From an uncultured Methanosarcinales archaeon (GTDB lineage: Archaea; Nanobdellota; Nanobdellia; Woesearchaeales; CALCXY01), in the NCBI GenBank assembly GCA_964385185.1, contig CAYLOA010000006.1, positions 1-45,231 on the forward strand: a stretch of DNA of 45,231 nucleotides, written 5' to 3'. The position numbers and the translations under genes are program-made. The notes beneath the pieces were generated by a model. That model was given only the letters and a program-made list of their open reading frames with translations, was not told where the DNA came from and did not search any database. Of the stretch, positions 1-8,230 are shown in pieces. The first letter of the stretch is position 1. Each line of letters starts with the position of its first letter.

Positions 1-983
1 ACTTTTTTCTTTGGTCTGTGGCGGTCAATAGCTAAGAAGTTGATATATTTATCAATCTCATCGCTGGATGGCTTGTGACCTAATCTAGCGTTTACTTCAT
101 CAGTACTCCAGCCTTTTTTTAGTAAGTCACATGCCATGCCACTTCGTAGATCTTTCCAGGTGGGTTTGTCTCCTTTGGGCATACATACTATCTTGGATCT
201 TTGTACTATTCTGTCGAATATTTTCTTGGCTGAAGCATAATCAAATGAAAATAGTTCATTATTCTCGTTTAATCCAGAAAGCCACTCATCCAAGAGTTCT
301 ACGGTTTCATTGTAGTTTGTGATTTCTGACCTAGGCTTACGTGACCGTTTCAGTATTTCTTTGCGCAGATGTATCCTATACTCTCCTTCTTTTGTGTAGG
401 GATTCATCTGTTTAGTGCAATCATTTTTTCTTAATTGCAGCATAGCCCCTATATTCTTGCCTATATCCCAAGCTAACCACAGCAGCAACTTATGCTTCGC
501 CTTATAAGCATTTTTAACCATTTTCATAAAGGACTCTTCAGTTACAAATCTGACTTCCTTCTGAGCGAAGGGAATATACTTGATTATTTTTTTGGCTAGT
601 TTTGCCTTCCCAGCCATCTCAAATAGAGTACTTTTGAAGATTTTATTATAGTAGGTATCGGGTAAGGATTGATAAGGACCGCCATCTGGTCTGGTGATTT
701 TTCCATCCTCTAAGTCATCATAGACTTTCTGTATGTCTTTTTCTGTAAGACGGATAAATGGTTTGTTGTTAAACCACTTGTTCACATTATTGATTCGTGT
801 GATATATGTGTAGAGTGTTTGATACGAATTTGCATCCAGTTCTCTCAAACCGTTTATTCGTTTCAGTTTGTACTCTAATTCTGTGAAGTACTCACTACAT
901 AATTGTCTATTTTCTTTACAAATTGATTTGTCAGTTAGAAACCGTCTTATTCTTTTTTCATACCTTCCTTGGATTGGATCCAT
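1..983 (-). CDS. Tyrosine recombinase/integrase (3' end runs off the window; not in ORF track)
   Basis: Manual translation from ATG 983 (MDPIQGRYEKRIRRF...) stays open to position 1. Box I-like LAWDIGKNIGAMLQLRKND, box II-like TWKDLRSGMACDLLKKGWSTDEVNARLGH...IDKY. GGGTGA SD upstream; 70 bp downstream of tRNA-Glu. Confidence 0.85.
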   Translation of the reverse strand, partial: MDPIQGRYEKRIRRFLTDKSICKENRQLCSEYFTELEYKLKRINGLRELDANSYQTLYTYITRINNVNKWFNNKPFIRLTEKDIQKVYDDLEDGKITRPDGGPYQSLPDTYYNKIFKSTLFEMAGKAKLAKKIIKYIPFAQKEVRFVTEESFMKMVKNAYKAKHKLLLWLAWDIGKNIGAMLQLRKNDCTKQMNPYTKEGEYRIHLRKEILKRSRKPRSEITNYNETVELLDEWLSGLNENNELFSFDYASAKKIFDRIVQRSKIVCMPKGDKPTWKDLRSGMACDLLKKGWSTDEVNARLGHKPSSDEIDKYINFLAIDRHRPKKK

Positions 984-1052
984 GTTTTCACCCTTTTTTT
1001 AGAAATCATACTCCTTAATAAATACTGTATGCCAAAAGGGTACAAAAAGTAA
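1..1052. mobile_element. Probable edge of a tRNA-Glu-integrated element (provirus/plasmid/island)
   Basis: Integrase immediately downstream of the tRNA 3' end. The second att copy is not visible in the window. Confidence 0.55.
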
Positions 1053-1130
1053 TGGTGCCCCCGCCGGGATTTGAACCCGAGTCCTCGCCTCGAAAGGGCG
1101 AGATGATTGGCCGGACTACACCACGGGGGC
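1053..1130 (-). tRNA. tRNA-Glu(TTC), CCA encoded
   Basis: GCCCCCG...anticodon arm TCGCC-CTTTCGA-GGCGA...GGTTCAAATCC CGGCGGGGGC-A-CCA cloverleaf. Confidence 0.97.
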
Positions 1131-1198
1131 ATTATAAATTGGTTTGGATATTGTTTTATAAATGTTTCTAAGTATTTTAAAAAGTTTTTTGGATGTTG

Positions 1199-1237
1199 TA
1201 GCACCACCACCGGCACTCACAGAGTGCAGTGGTGCTA
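1199..1237 (+). repeat. ACA-triloop hairpin element, copy 1
   Basis: TAGCACCAC-CACCG-GCACTC-ACA-GAGTGC-A-GTGGTGCTA. Confidence 0.75.
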
Positions 1238-1265
1238 AATGAATGTTATTCAGTTGATTTATTTT

Positions 1266-1308
1266 GCCACAACAACTGTGCCCTGTGGGCACCGGTTGTT
1301 GTTGTGGC
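1266..1308 (-). repeat. ACA-triloop hairpin element, copy 2 (inverted relative to copy 1)
   Basis: Minus strand reads GCCACAACAAC-AACCG-GTGCCC-ACA-GGGCAC-A-GTTGTTGTGGC. Confidence 0.75.
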
Positions 1309-1355
1309 TTTGATATTGATTTTATTGTTTACATATTTTTATAAAAAGAAAAGAG

Positions 1356-1473
1356 TGGCCCAGGGGAGATTTGAACTCCCGACCTCCGGCTGTCTAAGCT
1401 TTTCTAAGGTGTTACTTTGGAACCTTAGTGGTCATATAAGACCGGCGCTCAAACCAAACTAAGCTACAGGGCC
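1356..1473 (-). tRNA. tRNA-Ile(TAT) with 43-nt intron at 37/38 (intron 1392-1434)
   Basis: GGCCCTG-TA-GCTT..GAGC-G-CCGGT-CT-TAT-A[intron]A-GCCGG-AGGTC-GGGAG-TTCAAAT-CTCCC-CTGGGCC-A. Intron has an internal CTAAGGT/ACCTTAG hairpin and a relaxed BHB. Confidence 0.88.
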
Positions 1474-1561
1474 AAGCACTTAGTTTAATCCATAGAGAAT
1501 CTTAGTTGTTTTTAAAGGTTTCTCAGCATAGATTTTTAAATTAATGTGGAATCCTGATTGT

Positions 1562-2173
1562 ATGCATTCAAAAGATCCTAGCAACCGTATTTTCAATATT
1601 ATGCAATTGGCATATTTATATGAAAGTTTGGATAATCTTGAAGTGGCTGTTGACCATGCTGAGCTAGCAAGACAAACAGATCAAACAAATTTGGAAGTTC
1701 AAATATTTTTGGCAGAATGTTATTTTGAGTTACGACAATATTCTGATGCTGCAGATAGATATGAGGATGCTTTTACTTTGGATCCTAAACCAGAATACGC
1801 TAATCATCAAGGAAAATGTTGCTTAAGAAACAATGATTTTCTTCGAGTTACTCAAATTTTCAATCAATCTATTCATGAAAATCCATCCGATTATGTGGCT
1901 TTAAATGGTCGAGGTGAAGTTTTGCGTCTAAATGGTAATTATGAAAAGGCTAGAGAAGATTTTAATTCAGCACTCGTCGCTATTCATGAGACAGAACGTC
2001 CTCAAGATGAAAAGGGAAGATCCCAGATTGATAAAGAGAAAAATAATGCTTTGTATTGTTTAGGAAGAATCGCTCAAGAGGAGGATAATACCCTACAGTT
2101 TTTCAGATATACTGTGCAACGATATGTGCATAATAATACAGGATTTTGGAGAAATATTCGTAATAAACAATAA
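1562..2173 (+). CDS. Tetratricopeptide repeat protein
   Basis: TPR-like repeats (LAECYFELRQYSDAADRYEDAFTLDP; ALNGRGEVLRLNGNYEKAREDFNSAL). Start placed at the ATG ~22 nt after a TTTAAA box (ORF track start 1544). Confidence 0.8.
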   Translation: MHSKDPSNRIFNIMQLAYLYESLDNLEVAVDHAELARQTDQTNLEVQIFLAECYFELRQYSDAADRYEDAFTLDPKPEYANHQGKCCLRNNDFLRVTQIFNQSIHENPSDYVALNGRGEVLRLNGNYEKAREDFNSALVAIHETERPQDEKGRSQIDKEKNNALYCLGRIAQEEDNTLQFFRYTVQRYVHNNTGFWRNIRNKQ

Positions 2174-2209
2174 TGTTTTTAAATAGTCTTTATTTCTTAA
2201 TTTGTAGAT

Positions 2210-2282
2210 GGGCTTGTGGTCTAGTGGCTATGACAGCGCCCTTACAAGGCGTTAATCGTCGGTTCGAGTCCGACCAGGCCCA
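2210..2282 (+). tRNA. tRNA-Val(TAC)
   Basis: GGGCTTG...GCGCC-CT-TAC-AA-GGCGT...GTCGG-TTCGAGT-CCGAC-CAGGCCC-A. Confidence 0.96.
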
Positions 2283-2327
2283 TTTATTATTTATTTGGCA
2301 ACTTTAGCATATGGTTTTTTTACTTAT

Positions 2328-2444
2328 GCAGTGGTGATCTAGTGGCTGCGCAAAAGGCATACGCCGTTTTGGCATGTGTCTAAGCGTCACATATGATTGG
2401 GCCTTGCCAAGGCTCACACCCGGGTTCAAATCCCGGCCACTGCA
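2328..2444 (+). tRNA. tRNA-Gly(GCC) with 45-nt non-canonical D-loop intron (2348-2392)
   Basis: Removing 2348-2392 gives GCAGTGG-TG-ATCT-AGTGGCTA-TGAT-T-GGGCC-TT-GCC-AA-GGCTC...CCACTGC-A. BHB: central GTGG/TCAC, bulges CT|G and AT|A. Confidence 0.92.
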
Positions 2445-2618
2445 TCCTTTTTTTCTAATATTATAGAAATTATATTTATGAATAAATTAACCCTTTATTT
2501 TATAAACTATACCTCATTTTCAGGTTCTATGGACACAGAATTTTTCCATACAAGGGGAGGTCTTTTCCTTAGAGATTGCATAATCCTTAAATACTAGCTA
2601 GACTTAACAATCGTTAAG

Positions 2619-3425
2619 ATGTTGGGAACTTTTTTAATAACTTCTAGAGAAACATTAGAAGCTAGTCTCGTTGTAGGGATTGTTATGTCTTATTTAGACA
2701 AAACTGACAATAGAAATTTGAGAAGTTCTGTCTATTATGGCATCTTTTTTGGGGTTCTTGTTAGTATTTTAGCTGCTATAGGATTTTCATTTATTGCAGG
2801 AGGATTTACTGGTAGAAGTGAAGCACTGTTTGAAGGAATTACTATGTTAGTTGGTGCAGTCTTGTTAACTTCTATGTTAGTTTGGATGCAGAAGCAGAAA
2901 CATGCTTTAGATATCCATACTAAATTGGATTCTCATTTTGAAAAAGGATATGGTAGGTTAGGAATAATTTTAGTTGTATTTTTGGCTATCTTACGAGAAG
3001 GAGTTGAAACCGTCATATTTTTACATGCAGCTAACTATGCATCTACTATTAGTGTGGTATCAGGATTAATGGGTATTTTAGTTGCTATCATTGCTGGATA
3101 TTTATTCTTTTTAGGGGCTAAGAAGTTTAAATTGAAATATGTCTTTGGTGTGAGTACTGTTTTATTGGTCTTATTTGCTGGAGGTTTATTTGCACATGGT
3201 GTGCATGAGTTGGAGGAAGCGTCTGTCATTCCCGTTACTTCAGTATTTTTTGATATTAATCATATTGTGTATGAAAAAGGAGTATTTGGTAGTTTTCTAA
3301 AAGGATTGTTTGGTTATAATGGTAATCCTTCTGTTTTAGAGTTTAGTATTTGGATATTGTATTTGGTGGGTATGTTGGGATGGTTCACTTATTCTACATA
3401 TAGTCCGAGAGGGCAAAAAGCTTAA
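2619..3425 (+). CDS. FTR1 family iron permease
   Basis: Two RExxE motifs (RETLE, REGVE), ~7 TM segments, HELEEA. Confidence 0.92.
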   Translation: MLGTFLITSRETLEASLVVGIVMSYLDKTDNRNLRSSVYYGIFFGVLVSILAAIGFSFIAGGFTGRSEALFEGITMLVGAVLLTSMLVWMQKQKHALDIHTKLDSHFEKGYGRLGIILVVFLAILREGVETVIFLHAANYASTISVVSGLMGILVAIIAGYLFFLGAKKFKLKYVFGVSTVLLVLFAGGLFAHGVHELEEASVIPVTSVFFDINHIVYEKGVFGSFLKGLFGYNGNPSVLEFSIWILYLVGMLGWFTYSTYSPRGQKA

Positions 3426-3456
3426 ATACTGTTAAACTGCATGTAGTATATTCACA

Positions 3457-4215
3457 ATGCAAGAAAAAGTATTCAAACTGTTATTAGAAGAGGATGAAGT
3501 TACTTGGCAGACTATTCTGTACAATTTAGTGAAAGAGCAAGGGATGAATCCTTGGGATGTAAATTTGACTTCTTTGACTCAGAAATATATTGATATTGTT
3601 AAGCAGATGAAAGAGGCAGATTTTCGAATGAGTGGTAAAGTTGTTTTGGCGGCTGCTATTTTATTACGAATGAAATCTACTCGTTTTGTTGAAGAAGATT
3701 TAGTAGAGTTGGATCGATTAATTAGTAGCACTGAAGATATGAGTTCTGAAGAGTTTTATGAAGAGCTAGAGAATATGCAAGCTCGAGATCTCACTCCAGA
3801 AGAAGCTAAGAAGTTAATTCCAAGAACTCCTCAACCTCGTAAGAGAAAGGTAAGTATTTATGATTTGGTTAATGCATTGGAACAAGCTTTAGAAGTGAAA
3901 AAACGAAGGGTTGAGAAAACTATTCCTTCAGACAATTTTGATTATACTCCTATTAAGATGGATATTGGTCTCATGGTAAGACAGGTGTATAATAGGGTGT
4001 TGACTTTTTGTAAGCTTGGAAAAAAACCTATCTTTTTTCATAATTTGTTGCCTGAGAATGCACAGAAGATGGATAAAGTGTTAACGTTTTTGCCAGTATT
4101 GCATTTGACAAACGATCGAAGCTTGGATATGGACCAAAAGGAGCATTTTGGAGATATTCAGATTTATCTTAAGAAGACTAAGGGTAAGGTAGAGAAAGAG
4201 TTAGGATTGGCGTAA
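3457..4215 (+). CDS. scpA: Segregation and condensation protein A (kleisin)
   Basis: MNPWDVNL..LT..Y, SGKVVLAAAILLRMKS, C-terminal FLPVLHL...Q.EHFGDI. Confidence 0.9.
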   Translation: MQEKVFKLLLEEDEVTWQTILYNLVKEQGMNPWDVNLTSLTQKYIDIVKQMKEADFRMSGKVVLAAAILLRMKSTRFVEEDLVELDRLISSTEDMSSEEFYEELENMQARDLTPEEAKKLIPRTPQPRKRKVSIYDLVNALEQALEVKKRRVEKTIPSDNFDYTPIKMDIGLMVRQVYNRVLTFCKLGKKPIFFHNLLPENAQKMDKVLTFLPVLHLTNDRSLDMDQKEHFGDIQIYLKKTKGKVEKELGLA

Positions 4216-4247
4216 AGCTTAAAAACCCCCCAATGTTCATGAATTCT

Positions 4248-4664
4248 ATGGCTGAAAATCCTAATGAGCAAGAGATGAAACAAGCATATATGGAGTACCA
4301 AATGGTACAACAGCATGTTACACAATTGCAAAAGCAAATTGAGACGGTTCAAGAGCAATTACAAGATATAGCTAATGTGATTGCAAATTTGGACGAGATG
4401 AAGAAAGTTAAAGAAGGTTCTGAAATGTTAGTTCCTGTTGCTAATGGTGTATTTATGAAAACTACTTTAGTTGACAATAAAGATCTATTAGTTAATGTTG
4501 GTGGAAATACAACTGTTAAAAAGAGTTTTTCTGAAGTAGGAGAGATGTTAGTAAAACAACAAAAAGAGATGGAAGAAATTTATGCACAATTAGTGGTTCA
4601 ATTTCAACAATTACATTCTCAATCTGAAAAGTTGGAACAAGGTATCCAAGAACTGGTAAAGTAA
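4248..4664 (+). CDS. pfdA: Prefoldin subunit alpha
   Basis: Coiled coils flanking EMLVPVANGVF...LLVNVGG beta-hairpins; conserved adjacency to ftsY. Confidence 0.92.
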   Translation: MAENPNEQEMKQAYMEYQMVQQHVTQLQKQIETVQEQLQDIANVIANLDEMKKVKEGSEMLVPVANGVFMKTTLVDNKDLLVNVGGNTTVKKSFSEVGEMLVKQQKEMEEIYAQLVVQFQQLHSQSEKLEQGIQELVK

Positions 4665-4665
4665 G

Positions 4666-5973
4666 ATGTTTGGTAAACTAAAAGATAAACTAAAGGGTGC
4701 AATCTTTGCTTTTTCTAAAGATGCTGAAGAATCTGAAGTTAAAGAGGAAGTTAAAGAAGAAGTTCCTGAAGTTAAAGAAGAACCAGTAGAAGAGAAAGCT
4801 CCCGAGCCAGAAGTGAGTGAAGAAGAAACATTAGTTGAAGAGAAAGTTGATGAAGAGCATGAAAAACCTAAGAAAGGGTTTTTTTCAAGATTTTTTTCTA
4901 AGAAAGATGAAGTAAAAGAAGAAGTAAAAGAGGAAACTCCTGAAGTTACTGAGGAAGTAAAAGAAGAAGTTAAAGAAGAAGAACCTGAAGTTAAGGAAGA
5001 TACTCCAGAAGTTAAAGAGGAGCCAAAAGAAGAGCCAAAAGTTGAAGAACCTGTTGAGGAGAAAGTAACTCCACCTAAAGTGGAAGCACCTGAAGAGAAG
5101 AAAAGTTTATTTAAGAAAATAACAGCACCTCTTACTACAACTACTATCACTGAAGTTAAGTTTGACGAATTATTTTGGAATTTAGAAGTTGTATTACTAG
5201 AAAATAATGTTGCAAGTTCCGTTATTGAAAAAATTAAAGCTGATTTGAAGCAAGAGTTAACAACAAAGCCTATTCCTCGTGGAGGGGTAGGAGATTTAGT
5301 TATGCAATCTTTAAGGAAAAGCTTAGATGCTATCTTAACCTTTGAACCTGTGAATTTAATTCAGAAGATTGAAAACAACAAACCATTTGTTATTTGTTTT
5401 ATTGGTGTTAATGGTGCAGGAAAAACAACTTCTATTGCTAAGGTTGCAAAAATGTTACAGAAACAAGGTAAAAAGGTAGTCTTAGCTGCTGCCGATACGT
5501 TTCGAGCAGCTGCTATAGATCAATTACAAAAACATGCAGATACCTTAGATATTAGATTGGTTAAACATGATTACGGAAGCGATCCTGCAGCAGTTGCATT
5601 CGATGCAGTTGAGCATGCAAAAGCAAAGCAAGTAGATTGTTTGTTAATAGATACTGCAGGAAGATTACATTCAAATGATAACTTACTTGAAGAGATGAAG
5701 AAAATTATTCGAGTTGCAAAACCTGATATGACATTATTTGTTGGTGAGAGTATTACTGGAAATGACTGTGTTGAGCAAGCTACTAAGTTTTCTGAAGCTG
5801 TTAATATTGATGGTATTATATTATCTAAAGCTGATGTTGATGATAAAGGTGGAGCTGCTGTATCTGTTTCGTATGTAACTCAGAAACCTATCTTATTTCT
5901 CGGAACTGGACAACAGTATGAAGACTTAGAAGTCTTCGATAAAGAGAAAGTATTGAGTAGTTTGGGGTTTTAG
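4666..5973 (+). CDS. ftsY: SRP receptor FtsY with long acidic, repetitive N-terminal extension
   Basis: GVNGAGKTT, DTFRAAA, DTAGR, GTGQ motifs; EEVK/EEPK-rich N-terminus. Confidence 0.96.
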   Translation: MFGKLKDKLKGAIFAFSKDAEESEVKEEVKEEVPEVKEEPVEEKAPEPEVSEEETLVEEKVDEEHEKPKKGFFSRFFSKKDEVKEEVKEETPEVTEEVKEEVKEEEPEVKEDTPEVKEEPKEEPKVEEPVEEKVTPPKVEAPEEKKSLFKKITAPLTTTTITEVKFDELFWNLEVVLLENNVASSVIEKIKADLKQELTTKPIPRGGVGDLVMQSLRKSLDAILTFEPVNLIQKIENNKPFVICFIGVNGAGKTTSIAKVAKMLQKQGKKVVLAAADTFRAAAIDQLQKHADTLDIRLVKHDYGSDPAAVAFDAVEHAKAKQVDCLLIDTAGRLHSNDNLLEEMKKIIRVAKPDMTLFVGESITGNDCVEQATKFSEAVNIDGIILSKADVDDKGGAAVSVSYVTQKPILFLGTGQQYEDLEVFDKEKVLSSLGF

Positions 5974-7043
5974 GCTTCTTCTACTTTGAATTCTATTCCA
6001 TTGCTAATTATCCTGATATTGTCTGATTCCATTTTCTCCCATATATAGCATGATGTAGGACAGGTTATTGATATATCAGCTTTTCTTATCCACTTGAATG
6101 TATTATGTTCTAGGAAGTTCACTCTATTTCCAACTGGTAGGAAAGCAGCCATATTCTTAGGGTGAAAAATTGCAGGGAATTTTCCTCTTAGGTTATGAGG
6201 AATCCATGCAAAGGGTTCTTCTTCATTGCTTACCCTTTCGAAAGTGTTTGAATGCCTAATCGGAAGTACGATTCCTTCTTTTGGAGTTATACCATAACAT
6301 TCAAATTTCCAAGGACTGGTAATTTTAAATGGTGAACTTTCAAATTTCTTGAATGGACGAGCTTGGTAAAATAACACATATTCTTTATCCGGAAACATAT
6401 TATTATGATTTACTCCAAATTCCATTTGAAAAGACATATCTGGCTCAATCCATTCTGTTTCTCTTATTTTCCGATATAATTCTACTATTTGTTGAACTGT
6501 AGTTTCTTTTGGACCTCCATATGATGACATCATATTTATGTCTCCATCTTCTACAATTACTTTTGTATATACGTTATCATCTATCCCCATGGTGGGTTCC
6601 ACGTAATCTATTAGAAAGACATTTCTTTTATGTGGATGCTCAATAATATTTCCCCTATCATGTGGTCCTTGAGGTTGAATCATTATGCCAATTTTTCCAT
6701 TATATGGTTGTCCTTCATATTCACTATATTCAAATACTGATGGGTGATTTGCTTCTTTTCTTATTTCTTTAATAACTCGAGGAAATTCTTTTTTTTCCTG
6801 TACACGATGTTCTGTATGTAATATATCTACTAATCCTTCATGATCATTTGGGTGTGTTGAACGAATGATATGGCGCCTATTCCAATCATTAAATTTATGA
6901 GCAATTTTTGAAAAATTTTCTTCTGGAGCAAGATAATCTAAAGGTAACATATGTTGTTCAAATCCACCCCATTCTTGAAGATAGAAGAAAGCACCTGCTT
7001 TTCCACCAAATTCTCTGATGTATGGTTCTGGGAGTAGGTACAT
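5970..7043 (-). CDS. Hypothetical protein with PEP/pyruvate-binding (PPDK-type ATP-grasp)-like motifs
   Basis: GGKA, IIRS, GIMIQ, QMEFG, YQARP in the order seen in PEP-synthase N-domains. Confidence 0.55.
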   Translation of the reverse strand: MYLLPEPYIREFGGKAGAFFYLQEWGGFEQHMLPLDYLAPEENFSKIAHKFNDWNRRHIIRSTHPNDHEGLVDILHTEHRVQEKKEFPRVIKEIRKEANHPSVFEYSEYEGQPYNGKIGIMIQPQGPHDRGNIIEHPHKRNVFLIDYVEPTMGIDDNVYTKVIVEDGDINMMSSYGGPKETTVQQIVELYRKIRETEWIEPDMSFQMEFGVNHNNMFPDKEYVLFYQARPFKKFESSPFKITSPWKFECYGITPKEGIVLPIRHSNTFERVSNEEEPFAWIPHNLRGKFPAIFHPKNMAAFLPVGNRVNFLEHNTFKWIRKADISITCPTSCYIWEKMESDNIRIISNGIEFKVEEA

Positions 7044-7165
7044 AAATAATACGAATTAAATCTCTTTTAAAAAAGTAACCTTTTCTCAACATGGTCTCGA
7101 ACAGTTACGTTTTTCGCTACGCTCCAAACATAACCTTTTTATATCATTCTTCATAAAATGAACTT

Positions 7166-7825
7166 ATGGATCTTATAGGAGCGTTAAAACGGCCTTTTAC
7201 CGATTGGAAGAAACTTTTAGTGGGTAGTGCTTTCTATATGGTGCCATATTTGAATTTGATCACTACTTTCTTCGCAACAGGGTATACTTTAGAAGCTGCA
7301 AAGAATACCATTGGTAATAATAGCACCTTACCTGAATGGAGAAATTGGGGAGAATTATTCTATAACGGTATTATTTCTGCTGTTGTTGGATTAGTCTATA
7401 TGATTCCTGTTATTATATTATTTTTAATACTAGGATTAGGGAGAGAGGTTTTAACCTTAGTTGAAGGGGGCAATCCTCTGGCTATTTTAAGTGGTTCTGG
7501 TCCTCTTTTATTGGTTGTCATGGCTCTTGCTATTGTTATTGCTTATATTACTCCTTATGCTGTATTATTATGGATCGATATGGACAGTTTTAAAGAAGCA
7601 TTTAGTATTAAACATGTATTTTCTAATGCATTCACCATGACATATTTCACTGCTTGGTTTGCAGGTCTTGTATACAGTTTAGTATTTGGAGTACTTATTA
7701 CGGTGATTAATTATTATATAGCGTTTACTGTTGTTATTCCTGTATTGTTATTAGGATTCTATAGATTTATTTCTGGAGTAACTATTATGACTTTGTTAGG
7801 AGAAGCATTTAGGAAGTTAAAGTAG
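7166..7825 (+). CDS. DUF4013-like membrane protein
   Basis: ALKRPFTDWKKLLVG...GY...LPEW.NWGELF..G. Confidence 0.8.
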   Translation: MDLIGALKRPFTDWKKLLVGSAFYMVPYLNLITTFFATGYTLEAAKNTIGNNSTLPEWRNWGELFYNGIISAVVGLVYMIPVIILFLILGLGREVLTLVEGGNPLAILSGSGPLLLVVMALAIVIAYITPYAVLLWIDMDSFKEAFSIKHVFSNAFTMTYFTAWFAGLVYSLVFGVLITVINYYIAFTVVIPVLLLGFYRFISGVTIMTLLGEAFRKLK

Positions 7826-7859
7826 GTTTTTGAGCTTCATAACCCCTTGTTTCTTCATC

Positions 7860-8156
7860 CTATATATCAGCCATTGTTTTTTCTCTTAATAGAATGGTAT
7901 ACTCACCGTGTTTATTTGAGTATTGAATTTTTTGATTATTTCTCTTTCCGGGTTGGTAGGGTAAAAATTTTTCCAGTATTTTGAAATTTTCATCATGAAC
8001 CAAAATTTCTATTTGCGGAATGGACATTTCATCTCTTTCATATTGAATATTGATAGCTTGGGCAACAGCTCCAGAAGTCTTGAGAATTCTTTCTATGTTG
8101 GACGTTAAGCTAAAAAGTCTTGTATTTTTGTGTTCAGGTCTTTTATTATCTGACAT
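7860..8156 (-). CDS. Hypothetical protein
   Basis: 98-aa ORF filling the gap, TTTAAAAA box upstream. Confidence 0.6.
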   Translation of the reverse strand: MSDNKRPEHKNTRLFSLTSNIERILKTSGAVAQAINIQYERDEMSIPQIEILVHDENFKILEKFLPYQPGKRNNQKIQYSNKHGEYTILLREKTMADI

Positions 8157-8230
8157 TATGCCTACAAATAAGGATCTATTTTTAAATGTACCTAGGCATG
8201 TTTAAATATAAAATATCTAATTCTTATGTT

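Noticed and set aside
131..1462. ORF-track ORFs 131-322, 947-1216 and 1229-1462
   Set aside because: They are antisense to the integrase or overlap tRNA-Glu, tRNA-Ile and the hairpins; no protein motifs.
4720..5100. GAAGTTAAAGAAGAA-type repeats as a possible array; antisense Ser-rich ORF 4611-5150
   Set aside because: Explained by the acidic low-complexity N-terminus of FtsY.
7104..7134. Weak intergenic hairpin GTTACGTTT...AAACATAAC
   Set aside because: Imperfect, single copy, no similarity to the ACA family.
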